This document shows positions 1-15,439 of a DNA stretch of 64,000 nt, one piece after another. Origin of the DNA: Eledone cirrhosa (Eukaryota); assembly GCA_964016885.1 (NCBI GenBank), contig OZ024747.1:58590001-58654000 (forward strand), given 5' to 3'. Under the pieces are notes generated by a model. That model worked only from the letters and a program-made list of their open reading frames with translations. It was not told the origin of the DNA and searched no databases. The position numbers and the translations under genes are program-made. Position 1 is the stretch's first letter; every line of letters starts with the position of its first letter.

Positions 1-699
1 ACAGACTCTTCATTAAACAAACATTTTAAGTGCATTTTTCGAAGCACTTATAAATCTATTGTCTAATTAAAGGTTTGTATGGGAATGTCAGACACTCAGC
101 CATAATGCGCGGTGTTTAATTACAAGCCTTCGGCAAAGATTAAATGCTGTTTTCCTAGCCTCTTGTGTATCTTATAGATGATGCTTTAATGAGAGTCATG
201 GTTTTGTTAAAAGCTACTCGATAATTGAATCAATATGAACGTAAGGTGAACAACCTTTCAATGGATCACGTGTTTATGAATTACTTTCGAAAAATGTGAT
301 CTACTCATATATGTCTGCCGCTACTTCGTACTAATTTTTAAAGTAAGCTGCTTGTCTAACTTCTACAAAGAAGAAATTAGTGGAGATGGTGGTGAAAGAA
401 GTAATTGCAAATATTTTGATTTGTAGATACAAAAGGAAACAAATAAATAAGACATTCGTTTCCATAGTAACAAAATAATATATTGTTGATGGTTCAGAAA
501 GATTCTATTTTAATTATTCGTGTCGCATTTCGCTGAAAAAAAGTTCATTGAACAATTACATTTTTATTTATCAGTGTAATCTTCATAATTCCTATACAAC
601 AGGAATGCAATTTCAAAAGGAGTTTATGGCAAATAATGCATTTGCAAAGAATTACCTTGCCAATCTTAAATTCTATTTAGAAATGCCAAATGCAATTTA

Positions 700-1850
700 A
701 CCCTTCGGAAATATAATATGAATTATTTTCTGATTCAATCCTATTCGGTGATTCAAAAAAACAGCAGCTAGATTAATCACAGATCCCGTGATGGGACTTT
801 AAGAAATTATTCTTCCTTCAAGTAATAAAAATACGCTGATTAGTTGAGACATCTGACAACCAATATATTTTTATATTTTAGCGAAATAAATTCTGTTTTT
901 ATGATGATGGCTACATACTATTAAGTGGTACAAAGTATTAGATGTTATTTTCAGAAATCTGGTGGAAGTTTCAGTAAACATGTTTTGAGCCAAAGGAAGA
1001 TATTTTTCAGATGCCGTGTTATGTTTGAAATAGTAGCGCGCATGAAACCGCAGAAGTTGACAGATTGAATCTTAACTCCAATATTAAACTGCGTACGTGG
1101 AAAAGACTTAATCATTTGGATATTTTTTAATGAAGTTACTTACCATTTGTCAAATTTGATAACTTCAGCAGAAATAAATATTCTGATCATAAAACCCATG
1201 ACGTCAAAGGTTTCAGATACAATCTCAAAAACTGCAATGGCATGGATGGTTCTATAAATGGTTGCTTAATGTACTGGAATAACAATAAAATAACACTGAA
1301 ATAACACAACCGTCAAAAAAAGGAGATACAAATAATTCTTTCGTTACTGTTTTATGGAAGGAAAAGCAATTTTAGCAACCATATATTTGACCTCGGACAC
1401 TGGTGAATGGGGGACAAGTAGTAAGATACCTTAACGCGTAAGTTTACAAGAGACTGGACCCTGCTAAATATACCAAATGACCAGATAGCGGTTTTAAACA
1501 GGCGGCGGATTATGGCTACAACACAAACAGGCCACATCCAGATCTGAGCTCAGCAGACAAAAAACTGGAACAGCTACACGATTAATATTGTTCGATGTTC
1601 TAAAAATGTCCCTATTTTACTGTCCGAGACATTGCTTTACATTATCGACAGCCGAAAGGAAGGAGGAAAATGATGATCCCTTCTTGATTTTAACTGGGAG
1701 AACAGAGAATGGAACGAATACTGCAAGTTATATCGTCCATTGTTCTAAAGCTACGTTTAAAGCAAAGTGCGTGAGACGAAACTGGAATGAATATATTTTA
1801 TCGATCTGTTAGACCAGAGGACGTCTGGAGTTAAACTACAATAACAACAA
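700..1850 (+). mobile_element. Heavily decayed non-LTR retrotransposon RT remnant (RTE/CR1-like)
   Basis: Fragmentary peptides in the expected order: FSDAV (~1006, FADD-like), LNLNSN, TAMAWM, ILSLLFYG (~1335, cf. LLYG.E.W); many stops and frameshifts. Confidence 0.35.
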
Positions 1851-2688
1851 TAAGTTCTAGCACTATATTCGTATGTGATATTATCATATATTCATTCATC
1901 CTTCACACAATACCATCATTAATGTACTGTAACTGAACTGAATATACGCTGATAGTCGTTAAAACATAGAGATATATAAGTTGAAATGGAAACAAACCAG
2001 AAATTAGTCGAGTAGCCATATCTATACTATATTATTGGTAAAATAATAAGACATACATTAAATTGATCTCTCATTCCATGACACTACTTGCAGTTTCAAG
2101 TTCCCCCTCTATTAGAATTTATAAATTGAGGAATTTTATCTCGTTCTAAATCTCATTGAATCAAAAATAGTTGCACTCGAAATTTCCAATAAATAATGCC
2201 TCATTTTTGATAACCACAACTCGCCAAATACGGAATGCATCATAGGTCAATTATTAATACTCTGTCCACCAGTCTAAATATTACCATAAAATATCTTGAC
2301 AATCTCCTTGGCTCAAGTGACACAGAATCAGTTGTGCTCAAGTCTTCCCCATCAGTCAATTAACTGGTTTTATTTAAATGCTTCAGAAATTATGACACCA
2401 TTTATAAGCTGCATATATGTCTAGTGAATAACTAGAAGATTTGTTGATCCCATTAAATATATTGAGGTGACCTTTAGCTTCATTTAGCAAGCTATTCTCT
2501 GCAAGAGAATCTGAATATCTAAATATATAATTGTCTGAAATTCTATGAGGATAATTTGTTTGTTGAAATCTGGTATTATAATCAATAATATTGATCTGCT
2601 ATACAGACATTGTATACATATATATATATATGTGTATGTGCGTGTCTGTTTGTCCGTGCATTTGTATGTATATATCTGAGTGTATAGG

Positions 2689-2693
<5 letters not shown>

Positions 2694-2778
<85 letters not shown>
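2694..2778. repeat. (TA)n microsatellite, representative of many such tracts (e.g. 3085, 4773, 5228, 12385-12900, 15050-15215, 43625-44296, 50915-51230, 56980-57091, 63365-63620)
   Basis: Directly visible; source of the YIYI/CVCV pseudo-ORFs. Confidence 0.98.
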
Positions 2779-2782
<4 letters not shown>

Positions 2783-3080
2783 GTGTGTGTGTGTGTATAC
2801 ATATGTATGTATATATAGAGATAAATAGATAGATATATCCATATATGGATATATATATTATGCATACATAAAGACACACGCATACATACATGAGTGTGTG
2901 CGTGTCTGTGTTTTTGTGTTTATGATTGCGTGTGTATATCTATATTTAAGGTGAATAGAGATGTATGTATTTGTATACAACAGCACATTTATCTATACAT
3001 ACAATAGGCACTCATGTTCATAACTGCCGCGGTACATCATTATCTCTCTCTCTCACTCTCTCTCTCTCTATATATATATG

Positions 3081-3172
<92 letters not shown>

Positions 3173-4754
3173 GTGAACGGGTGCGTGCTTACATCTATGT
3201 GCATTTGCGAGTATATATATATATATATGTATGTATGTGTATATGTGTGTGTGTGGGTTGGGGTGTGTGCGTTTATGGGAATATGAGAAAAATAATTATC
3301 AAATTACAATTAGTCTAAATATACGTTTCTGTGTGTAAGTTGGGTATGAGATTACACGTAAAGATCATAAGTTAAATTTGTTGTCAGAGCCAGATATTCA
3401 GCTATCATTGGAATCATAGAAATTATCAGCAGCTTCACTGTGTTAAATGAAGATCACAATTATTTTTTCATCATCAGCTAAAATCATCATGATCATCATC
3501 AACATCATAATCATCATCTACAACCACCGTCACCAACATCATAATCACCACTATCTTTCTATATTACCATCATCATCAGTACCCTGATTATAATCTACCC
3601 AGACGTCTTTGGCTCCATCGTCACCTAGTTAGGGAGTAAAATTCACTTTCATCAGTTCGGGGCTAGGATTTCTGGAGTGAGCGACATGTTGTTTTCTCGA
3701 CAAAGACACTTTATTTCACGTTGTTTTCATAAGAGCACCCGAGTCACTCTTCCAAAGAGATGGAAACTCGTTGGGTGCTATCTATACCTGCATATCATCA
3801 CTACTCGTTTCAGGTAAGCTACACCTCCATACCACTATCATAAATATCTTTATCAATAACATTCTCCAGACAAGAGGTAATCCTAATTTTTATATTCGGT
3901 TGGGTACTCTTGTTCCTCAAGACTGGATTGGTGCAATACTTGTCTCCCTGAGTTCCACGTGATGGTAGAGAAAATACAAGAGCAAATGTATGGTGGGGAG
4001 GTGAGATTGAGGTAACTCCCCACTCGGGAAATTTCTCAAGCTACCAAATGACCTTTCTAGTTTCCCTTTTCTTAATGCTGTGAATGATGTAAAGCCAAAT
4101 CAATCAAACATTTTATTTTAAAGAGTCTTTGAGATTTTATATTTCTGGAAACCATCCTGGCTATAAAAAGCAAAATGCAAAAAAATTATTTCATAACTAT
4201 ATAACAGCGGATGGAATTTCTCGAAAACCAGCATAGTTACTACTCGCTAACAAAACCAGAACTGAGCCAACAATACAATAAACCTTGCATTCGAGTCTTA
4301 GTGTTAACTTATCATCTTGTTGAATTATCAGAACAAATATCGGAAAGCACACACCATCAACGTGATACCAATTATGTCTTTGTACGAAAATGAAAACAAA
4401 TCACAGATGTATAATTATTCGTACAAAATAAATTGTGGTTTATTTCTTTTTAATTTAGTATCCTATAATCAGTAGAAATATCTTCTGCATGTACTCAGAC
4501 GAAAATGGACGAAAGATGCAACTTGGTTACAATCAATGAGTGTTGAAGTAAAATGTTTTCATTTTGGGGCACAACATTAAAAAAAGCTCTATACTCGTAT
4601 TTTTGCTGGCGTGGCTTCTATGTAAAATAAATCATTGGTGCAATCGATATGAGGAGATTGCAACTAAAATAAACTTGCCATATAAATATGAATCAGCCTA
4701 ATCTATATATATATCAAGAAATATACATTCATATATATATATCCACGCACGCAT

Positions 4755-4845
<91 letters not shown>

Positions 4846-5222
4846 CATATATATATATTCATATTACTTCACATTTGTGATATTTTATTCTATTTAATTA
4901 TGATTTATTATGTTATCATTTGTGTTATATGCTCGGTGTTTTTATTATATCAAAGCTTCCTCATCTACGATCAACCCATCATATTCTATTATTGTAATCA
5001 TTCAGAAATATCGATTCCTCGTCGACTGATATCATCTAGCCCAAAAGTTTAGTGTACATTTATCATATCCTTAATTTCAATAACTAAATATGTGCAAGTT
5101 AAATATGTGAATATATATATATATATATATATACACACAATGATAATATATGCATTATTCTTGTGTATATGGAAACACACGCATAATCAGGCAGATGCAT
5201 ACACACACAAACACACACACAC

Positions 5223-5311
<89 letters not shown>

Positions 5312-5704
5312 CGTAATCACATGAACGAGATAAAAAAAAAACAGTTCGGAAAGACTAATAAACCCCTTCTCTTACCTATTACCTCCCTTTAATATTGTTA
5401 TCACACGGTTGCCAATAGTAACATATTTCTTGTCTCTGCTTTATATCTATTGCTAAAATTTAAGTGTGGTTTCCTCTCCATTTTATCCCGCCTCCAACGA
5501 CCCTATGCCCTTACACCAGCAATTCCATTACGACTAAGTTCAAAGCAATCATTTAATCAGTCATCTATTCAACACCATCTAGCATTCATGAGAACGTTAA
5601 TGTAATGTAAAATTATTCGGAAATAGAGACTACTGCCACCAGAAATATAACCAACACCAAACATACACCACACCACAGCACATCAATAATAGCAATAATA
5701 ATAA

Positions 5705-6370
5705 TTGTTTTTATTATAGGCATAAGACTAGGAATTTGTGGGTGGGGGGAGTCGATTAAATGGACTCCAGTGCATTATCGCTACATTAGTTTATCGACCG
5801 CGTAAGAATAAAATTTAAAGCTAACCTTGGTAAGATTTGAACACAACGTAAAGAACCGTAACTACGCCACAAAGCATGTTGTCAGACACTTTACCGTTAC
5901 TGCCAAAATAAGAAATACAATGTACTGCTATAATGAGAAACCCCCAAAACAACCATCATGCACATAATATGGTTTTCTTATTTATGCAGCAGTCCACCAA
6001 TTTTGGAGGGAAAAGTCGCTTAAATCGACCCAGTGCCTTACAAGTCCTTCATTTTATTGTCCGTGTTAGGACGAAAGGTAAAGCTAACTTCGGTGAGATT
6101 TGAACGTAAATGACCGTAACTATGTGCTGCCTGGCATATTCTCCAGCGCTCTACCGATACTGCCAGTCCACCACCCTACACACACAATAATAAGAAGGCG
6201 CAAGCTAATGGGTTAGACGTTTATACCAAACCTAGTAATTTACTGGTTCGATATTTTATCGAGCCAGGATCGAGAAAAGGCAAGCAAAGGTAACCTCGGC
6301 GGAATTTGAACTCACAACGTAAAGAGACCTAATGAATTCTGCTTTAACGAGTCTGACAAGCTGCTGCCAT
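5705..6370 (-). mobile_element. Three diverged tandem copies of the tRNA-derived SINE (5705-5905, 5970-6178, 6190-6370)
   Basis: Reverse-complement matches to the in-window consensus ...gagttcaaatcccgccgaggttaactttgcctttcatcc...gtcgataaaataaagtaccagt... Confidence 0.8.
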
Positions 6371-7410
6371 TACCATCACTAGAAATGATGTCTACATTAG
6401 AGACAAAGGTAGTAAACTTGGTGGAGCAAAAATAAATTAAAATATATTATAAAATAAAGGTTAAAATAAAGATAGAAGAAAAGATAGTTAAGATAAAGAT
6501 AGAAGAAAATGATTATCATATTTAATGACCAAGCTAAGTAAACCAGGGTATAAGACGTCAAATTATTTGACAAGTGTTCATCTAGCGGTTGTGTTAAGTT
6601 TAGAAATGAGGGAATGTCTAGGTTAAGGGTCATACATAGATGTGAAGAAATAGAGTAAAGAAGAAAAGGAAAGACTAAAATAAGAAATGAAAAGAGGTGT
6701 TAATAAGCTAAGGCAAAAAGAAATATAGCATTAAGAATACTAATTATAAGAATTATTATTAAAATTTTAAAAAAAGTAAAAGAATGTGGTCAAAGAGTAT
6801 ATAATTTGTCACATAAAGAGAAAAAAACCTTGATACTGAGAGTTAATGCTAAAAATAATTAGGATGGACGCAAATTAAGGATGTGTGTTATAAATAAATA
6901 ATTATAAATCAGAGTAAATTAAAAGCAGTATAAATCTGATGCGAAAGGATAGGAGAACTTCAGAAAGAAACAAAACATCACCTATTAAACTAAGAAAAAG
7001 GGTATATGGGGATTTGGATGAGGAGTTATAGATTAATATATAAGGTGGGAATAAGGAAAAAAAAATAGAATAAAATAATAAAAATATAATATGAAACAAA
7101 TAAGGAGAAAATGTATACTAGTTATAGTTAAGGGGGTACTTGGGATAGGCAACATGATAGTCAGATACACTAATAGAATATAAGCAGGATTAAATACTCG
7201 GTTAGGGAACGAGTAATCCAAACGATTATGGCAATTAATTACGATTTCATTGCGATTATTTATAGGGGTTTGAGAAGCTGACAGGTCTGAGCTTTGAAGG
7301 TCTGAGCCTGGCTGGCCTCGCTTGAGGATCCACCCGGATCTATTGGAGAGAGTCGCTTCTGACAGGGCATGCTGCGATGAGTGTTTGAGGACTCTGCCAC
7401 CACGACCCTC

Positions 7411-7652
7411 AGAAGAAGAAGAAGAAGAAGAAGAAGAAGAAGAAGAAGAAGAAGAAGAAGAAGAAGAAGAAGAAGAAGAAGAAGAAGAAGAAGAAGAAGA
7501 AGAAGAAGAAGAAGAAGAAGAAGAAGAAGAAGAAGAAGAAGAAGAAAAAGAAGAAGAAGAAGAAGAAGAAGAAGAAGAAGAAGAAGAAGAAGGAGAAGGA
7601 GAAGAAGAAGAAGAAGAAGAAGAAGAAGAAGAAGAAGAAGAAGAAGAAGAAG
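7411..7652. repeat. (GAA)n microsatellite
   Basis: Directly visible; source of the poly-E/S/L/R ORFs. Confidence 0.99.
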
Positions 7653-8099
7653 ATCTGAGCATAATTCGTAACGTTTTACAAATATTGCGCTTTTTTCCCC
7701 AAAAAATATTAGTTTATATAATGCCATGGCTCGGAATAATTTACTATATTATTTTGTGACTTGAGTTGATCAGCTCACATAATACTACCTTGGTAATATA
7801 TTTGATAGCTTCTCTTCTCTAATCAATAGAACTAATTGCACATTGAAAACATATGATTAAGAAGATACACCACATTCAGTTCTATTGTAATAGTGCGTGT
7901 TATATCAAAATTAATTGATTGCCTGTTTCTCCTTCAATTGATTGTGGGTTATACGAAATGTAGAACATTTTATTTCAATTGTTTGTCTAAATATTCTAAT
8001 TATAAGTAGTTCTTTGCTACCATAACCATTATTTATATTTACTTATCAGCCTATATAGAAATTGTCTTGTCTCAAAGTATAGATATTAATGGAAGTATA

Positions 8100-8570
8100 C
8101 CACTTACAGTTAGGCTGTCGATTTATAGATTCATTAGATTGTTGGTTGTTTGTCTCTGTGTTCTGAATCCAAATCCTACCGAGGTCAATTTTGTTTTTCA
8201 TCCTTTCCAGGTCCATAAAATAGTACCAGTCTAGTACTTCTTCTATAGCCCTTTCTCATTTCCTCTCTCTCACTTTCTATCTTTCTATGGAAGAAATCTG
8301 CTGTACTGTGGTCCAGAGGGGGATGGGCTCCGCCAAGCTTAAAATTCCCAAGATACGCCGTATGTCAATACGGCGCCCCTACGACTCTATCAGGTGTTAA
8401 GGGACGATACATACATAAAAATACATGTATATCACTTACAGTTAGGCCGTCGAATTATAGATTCATTAGATCGTTGTATATTTGTTCAGGGTCTTTGTGT
8501 TCTGAGTCCAAATCTATCTGAGGGTCATTTTGTTTCGATGAATAAAGTACCAGCTCAGTGCTGGTGCAGC
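8100..8570 (+). mobile_element. Two degenerate SINE-derived copies sharing the flank cacttacagttagg (8100-8235, 8433-8570)
   Basis: Local duplication plus SINE core remnants (ccaaatcctaccgaggtcaattttg..., aataaagtaccag). Confidence 0.55.
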
Positions 8571-8844
8571 TCTCTCTCCTTCCAGCTGTCACCTTCTGGA
8601 TGTTCTGCACGAAGTGTGTGTGAGAGAAGGGGGGATAGAGAGAGAGAGAGAAGGGGAGATGGAGATTTAGAAAGAGAGAGATATGGGGGAAAGAGAGAGA
8701 GCGAGAGAGGGGGGATAGAGAGGTGAGATTGTGTCTGTTCCTGCAAGACACACCCAAAATCTTAGCGAAAACATGATACAATCACCAAGTAATATTCGAT
8801 TGTTATTATTCTGTATTGTTATTACAGCATTGCACACACTGATT

Positions 8845-9290
8845 TGCGGCATAGAGTAACAGCCCTTTATGATTTGAGTTCAAATCCCGCCGAGGTTAAC
8901 TTTGCCTTTCATCCTTACGGGATCGATAAAATAAAATACCAGTCACGCACTGGGGTCAATTTAATCGACTTTCTCCTCTCCACAAATTACAGGCCTTGTG
9001 CCTATAGAAGAAATCATTTACGGCCTTTGCCATTCTGAGTTCCAATCCCGCCGACGTTAACTTTGCCTTTCATCCTTACGGGGTCGATAAAATAAAGTAC
9101 CAGTAATGCACTGGTCGATTTAATCGACTGCCCCCTCCCCTAAAATTTCTGGCCTTGTGCCTATATAACCAGAGTTCAAATCCCACCGAGGTTAACTTTG
9201 CCTTTCATCCTTACGGCGTCGATAAAATAAAGTACCAGTAATGTACTGAGTAATTGCTGGCCTTGTGCCTAAAGTAGAAACAATTATTAT
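8845..9290 (+). mobile_element. Three 5'-truncated tandem SINE copies followed by (ATT)n
   Basis: Repeated gagttcaaatcccgccgaggttaactttgcctttcatccttacggggtcgataaaataaagtaccagt and tail ggccttgtgcctaaagtagaaacaatt. Confidence 0.9.
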
Positions 9291-9302
9291 CATTAATATT
9301 AA

Positions 9303-9345
<43 letters not shown>

Positions 9346-9346
9346 G

Positions 9347-10260
9347 ACGACCTACGTAGTAAATCGTACTATCGTGAGTTCCGCAAATGTTTGTTATTTT
9401 CAGTTGTTTAAAATTGCCATTTATGGAAATTTTTTATTGTTAACTGTATATAAGTGCACATACATTGTTATCTGAAAAGGAGACCCAAAAAGATTGGGGC
9501 CTTGAGCCCAAAATTTAAAATTTTTATAATTATCAAACAAAAATCTTTCTTTGAAAAATCATGGCCGACTCAGAGTCACACATTCCTCACAAACTAACAC
9601 CTCACACCAACACCACCATTGTAAATATTACTACGTTTGCCAACACTAGTAGCAATATTTTAAATTTGGCTCATTCATTTCCCGCCATTACCAATGACTG
9701 CAGGTGTTAAAGCCGCCACCCCCACCACCACCACAGCGACAACATAAACAAAAGAAAAAATAAATTAACTCGTGATATCGAAATGAATTCAACCAAAATG
9801 AACTCTTCCACACCGAACACCACTGACGCCACCACCACCACAACTGAAACTAAAATTAACAATAACAAAAATAACGATAACAGCAACAATGAAATTAAGA
9901 AAACCACCCTGAGTTTTGCCAGAGTAGCAAAACAGTGCGAAGCATTTCATGTAAATCAGGAGGAATTAGAAGAAGCCAAAAAAATGGTAAAGAAAGATGG
10001 GTACAGGGTCATTCTCACCCCCCCCCCCCTAATAAAATGGAGCATCGGCGCCTATGCACCGTGTCTTATCGAACAATTAACATAAAATCGCGCTGAGTGG
10101 AACGGGCAACCGAGTCCCAAATCCAAAAAGCTTTGGGACATGTGTGGGCAAAAAAAAACCCACATCAGACGTGGGCAGAAATATGGAACCGTGGACGTGT
10201 TCTTTGAAACACCACAGGAATGCTAGAGAACACTCCATGGCCCCAGATGGTACCAGACGT
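9347..10260 (+). mobile_element. Possible LINE 5' UTR plus disrupted ORF1
   Basis: Starts right after (ATT)n; ATG at 9561; T/N-rich low-complexity peptide then SFARVAK (cf. SYA.V motif of LINE ORF1); frameshifted. Confidence 0.3.
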
Positions 10261-11680
10261 ATATATTTAGCAGGATTGTTGTTTAATAAAGAATGGTTTG
10301 ATAGAGAGATAAACAGGGATGTGATCCAACGGGAGATAATCTCTGTTAAACGTTCCTATGGCTACATACATACGCTTCCATTAAATAGTACAATATGTTT
10401 CGTTACCAATTACGAAAATGGATTTTAAGAACTGAGTTTTAACTAAGGAAAGAGGATTTAACTTGGGAATGAGGGATTGTTTCAATAAACGGAAACCTCC
10501 TTCTCCACAAAAGAATGAAAACTAGCTTAACATCATACCCTTGTTCTCCTCCATTTTCACCGATGTTTGACACCGAATTGATTAAACAGAAAACTTTTGT
10601 GAGCTGAAGTTTCGGATACCTACCTACCTACTACATCTGTGCAATTTCACTGTTTAGATGTTGATATTTTTATAAAAACATTTTCAGCCAACCCGACCCC
10701 CATCCCCCAGATGTATTTGTATCAGTTGAATATACCATACTAATCAATATGGGAAACCTGGCACGTTTATCTTTCATGGCAATTATAGCGATTTGGTCCA
10801 ATATTTTCCCTCCCTGTGCATCTGCTGCATTTCACAGATAATGTTAGTATTACTGTTTTACTGGGCAGTTTCGGAAACTAAGTTGCTATGCTTTATTCCT
10901 CGCATATATTCAATGAAGATAGATTGCTGGCTGGTCATGCATATGTATATTATTCTCTAGTTAGAGTTCCAATAATCTGTTTTGTTTCGATAAATTGTAT
11001 TTCCTTGAAAGAATTATCCATTCCAGTCTCGCACAGAATACTTTACATAGCAAAGCGAGTGTATTTAGATAACACAATATGGGGGTAAATCTATAAGTTT
11101 GAAGAAACTGTATGATGCTGAAGTAATTGTATTAGATGACGAGCTATAAGTCTTTATTAGCTATGCACAATATGGTGTATAGAAGACAAGGGAATTAGTC
11201 GAATGAATGAAGCAAATATACAAATTGGACTTATTTTCTTGACATAGGAAGAACGAAATGCAATGCCAGCTCTGGGTCTGCGCTTATGATAGCTGAATTC
11301 ATAATGAAAAGAGTGTAATTTAAATAATTGTAAAGCTCTAAGCATGCACTCATTATGTATTCTCAAATAATAGCCACTGTAACACATATGGAAGTTGGTG
11401 TTCGAATTCCACCCCTATAATGACGCCAAATAATGAACAGATATTTTCGGCAATTGGTGTTACAAGTAAAATTTGAGTAACTATTCTGCGTAAATAAGTG
11501 ACGTAAATAAGAAGAGAATTGATCACTGGGCAATATATTTGAACTGGCGTCCACTCTGAAATGTAAGCATCTCACTGAGCAGTTGTCTATCATTAATGTG
11601 ATAGAAAACTGCATGAACGCACGGAAATAAAACATGCGTTAGCTACATATTCTTAAAACTTATTCTCCATATATATATAT

Positions 11681-12172
11681 ATATTGTTATACTTGGGGAG
11701 GGTCATATTTGTGTAATAATATTGCCAGAATTAATAACAGAACATACTCACTGTTTGGTTGGTTTTCGCTTCTGTGTCTTTTATATTGGTTAATTTAATT
11801 TATTCGGTCCTCAATGTTACCACTGACTGACCAACGGTCAAAAATACAGATACAATATAGACACAAACACATATATATACGATGTTGCAGATGTGCAACG
11901 AAAGAACTTTCTTAGACTATATATATGTGTCTGTGTCTATATTGTACCTGTATTTTTGACCGTTGGTCAGTCAATGGTAACATTGAGAACCGAATAAATT
12001 CAATTAACCGATATAAAAGACACAGAAGCGAAAGCCAACCAAACAGTGAGTGTGGTCTGTAATTAATTCTGGCAATATTATTACACAAATATGACCCTCT
12101 TCAAGATAACAATATTTGTTTCGACACACGATTTCATATCAAAAACCCCGCAAAACTAATTCATCGACGTTA
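11681..12172. mobile_element. Fold-back element in (TA)n: ~198-bp inverted arms 11681-11879 and 11918-12115
   Basis: Arms are reverse complements with scattered mismatches; TA tracts on both sides. Confidence 0.85.
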
Positions 12173-12199
12173 TATATATATATATATATAAATGTTCAG

Positions 12200-12380
12200 T
12201 GAATTGGCAGTATCGGTAGAGGGTTGGACGCCATGCTTTCTAGCATAGTTACGTCCCTTTACAGTCTGAGTTCAAATCCCGCCGAGGTTAATTTTGCCTT
12301 TCATCCTTACGGGGTCGATAAAATAAAGTACCAGTAATGTGCTGGTGTAATTGCTGGCCTTGTGCCTAAAGTAGAAACAG
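12200..12380 (+). mobile_element. tRNA-derived SINE, near full length
   Basis: A-box-like tggcagtatcgg, B-box-like gagttcaaatcc, conserved core and tail. Confidence 0.92.
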
Positions 12381-12394
12381 TTATATATATATAT

Positions 12395-12435
<41 letters not shown>

Positions 12436-12490
12436 ACCATATATATATATATATATATATACAACCATATATATATATATATATACAACC

Positions 12491-12521
<31 letters not shown>

Positions 12522-12568
12522 CAACCATATATATATATACATATATATATACATATATATATATATAA

Positions 12569-12616
<48 letters not shown>

Positions 12617-12719
12617 GATGGCTTCCCCCTCGTTATCGAGTATGGCCATTGCACGAGGAGAAAGAAAAAAAAAATAATAATAATAAATAAATAAAAAGAA
12701 AATAAAAATAAAAAAAAAG

Positions 12720-12765
<46 letters not shown>

Positions 12766-12802
12766 ATATATATATATGTATATATACATATATACATGTA
12801 TA

Positions 12803-12903
<101 letters not shown>

Positions 12904-14045
12904 TGGAGAATATATATATATTCTCTAGAGAAAAGGAGAGAGTGAGTAAGTGAGAAAGAGAGAGAGAGAGAATTGATCAGGCTGCGTACCATTCATGAGG
13001 TTCTATGCTAAAATATTCTGTAGAGGATGTCCATAAATATACACAATATATTTCACCACCATCGTTTTACTTTAACATGTGCCGCACACATTCCTTGAAC
13101 CAAGACTACGGTGGGTTATCAAACAGAGTTTAAAATTTTACGATATGTAATATTCTATCATATAACAGGATTCATACCCCAGACCATCGACAACCAAGTG
13201 TATCACGTACAATTGACTGAATTCATGAGTCACTAACTCAAATCTCTCACACACTTCTTTTTTACACCTACACCACCATTAATATCTCTGTCCCTGCCTA
13301 CTTAGTGACCTTCATGACTACCACCACGATGATAGTTTCAATATGTAAAAGCATCTACGCAATAACAAGTGAAATATAAGGTCGTTTTTGCCATGTCGAA
13401 TAAAAAAGGAAAGACAACTGTTATCACACACGCGAAAACAACCTATGATATCAATGTTATAGCTTCTGAATGTACACGTTAAAAATAAACCCTTTTAAAG
13501 CTATGGAAATATCCAATGAGAAACTGATATCATTAGAATAGAAATCAATACATAATGTATTCTTGTGTGATATTATATAATATCAAATGATTTATGAGGT
13601 CAGAGAATCTACTTAAAAGGAAGCACAATGGATTTCAAATCATATTTGATAGGAAAGATATCAATTGCTAACCCAAGTAATATAAAAACATTAACGATAT
13701 GAGGTAGCCGTTTGAAACATCAAACATATTGTCCTATTCAACAGAGGAGTGTTGTAAAAGATACAGACGATATAGTATAAATACGTAAGCCATATCAAGA
13801 TACATTAGTCTCCGTGAATGTTTTATAGGTGGTACAGCAACTTCGTTTCAATAAAGTTCTTCGTACACACATATGCATAATTATAACTACTTATATGTTT
13901 ATAGATATAAAGATGCATTCATGAATACATATATATATATTAATGTATGTGTGCACGTGCGTATATGTCTGTGTGTGTGCTCATGTGTGTTTGTGTGTGT
14001 GTGTGTTTGTGTGTATGAAAATATATATATATAACATATCTATAA

Positions 14046-14119
<74 letters not shown>

Positions 14120-14599
14120 ATTTTTGTGTGAGTTTGTGTGAGTTTGTGTGCTTTAAGCTTCCCGTTGTATATGAAATGGCAAAAACATTATAAATGTATA
14201 GAAACAATACTTCCCCTCTAGTAGAAGACAGAAAAAATAACAAACGGGCACAATATTGACGGAAACATAAAATGTACCAGAGAAAACAATCACCATGCAT
14301 ATAAAAGTAATTTTAACTTGAAAGATCCTTTGTTTCCAGAATACAAAGCGTTTTATATTGGCGAGAAAGCTTAATGTTTTCACAGCAGAAATGAAAAATG
14401 CCATACAGTAGACGAAAGTAAAAATACGAAAATATTAAAATGAAACGAAACTAAACGAAAATCGCAACCAATGAAAGGTAGTGAAAAGAATAAAAAGATA
14501 TTTTGAGGAATTAATTTCTCTCTCTCTCTATCTGTTACTTCCCCTTTATATATATATATATATATCTCAATCTCTCTCTTCTCTCTATATATATAAATA

Positions 14600-14651
<52 letters not shown>

Positions 14652-15042
14652 GTATATATATACTTATATATATATATATGTGTGCGTGTATGTCTCTGTG
14701 TGTGTGTGCATATATATAAATATATGTCATATATATAAATATATGTATATACTTCATTCAACAGCATATATACATTCATTCATACACATATCTATGTATG
14801 CATACATACATATATATACATACATACAAATATGCCTACGTCACAGACACAGGCATCAACGGATAAATATATATATATATATATATATAATACATATATA
14901 TATTCATATTTATATACATAAATATATATACATACATATATATAAATGTATATACATACATATATATATTCATATTTATATACATAAATATATATACATA
15001 CATATATATAAATGTATATAAATACATATACATATATAAATG

Positions 15043-15219
<177 letters not shown>

Positions 15220-15439
15220 TGGTTAATATGTATCATGTGCTACTTTGAGCTGAAACATTGAAGTACTTTGTGTTGAAGTTTGAGTAGCAGCAAACAATGT
15301 TATATATGACATAAATCTCCAGTAAACGTTGGAAGCAACAATACAATGATGAATAATATTGTAGCCACAGAAAAGAAAAGATCAACCAAGCACTGACTAT
15401 GATAGTCATCACCATAATGTTATAAACATTAATACAAAT

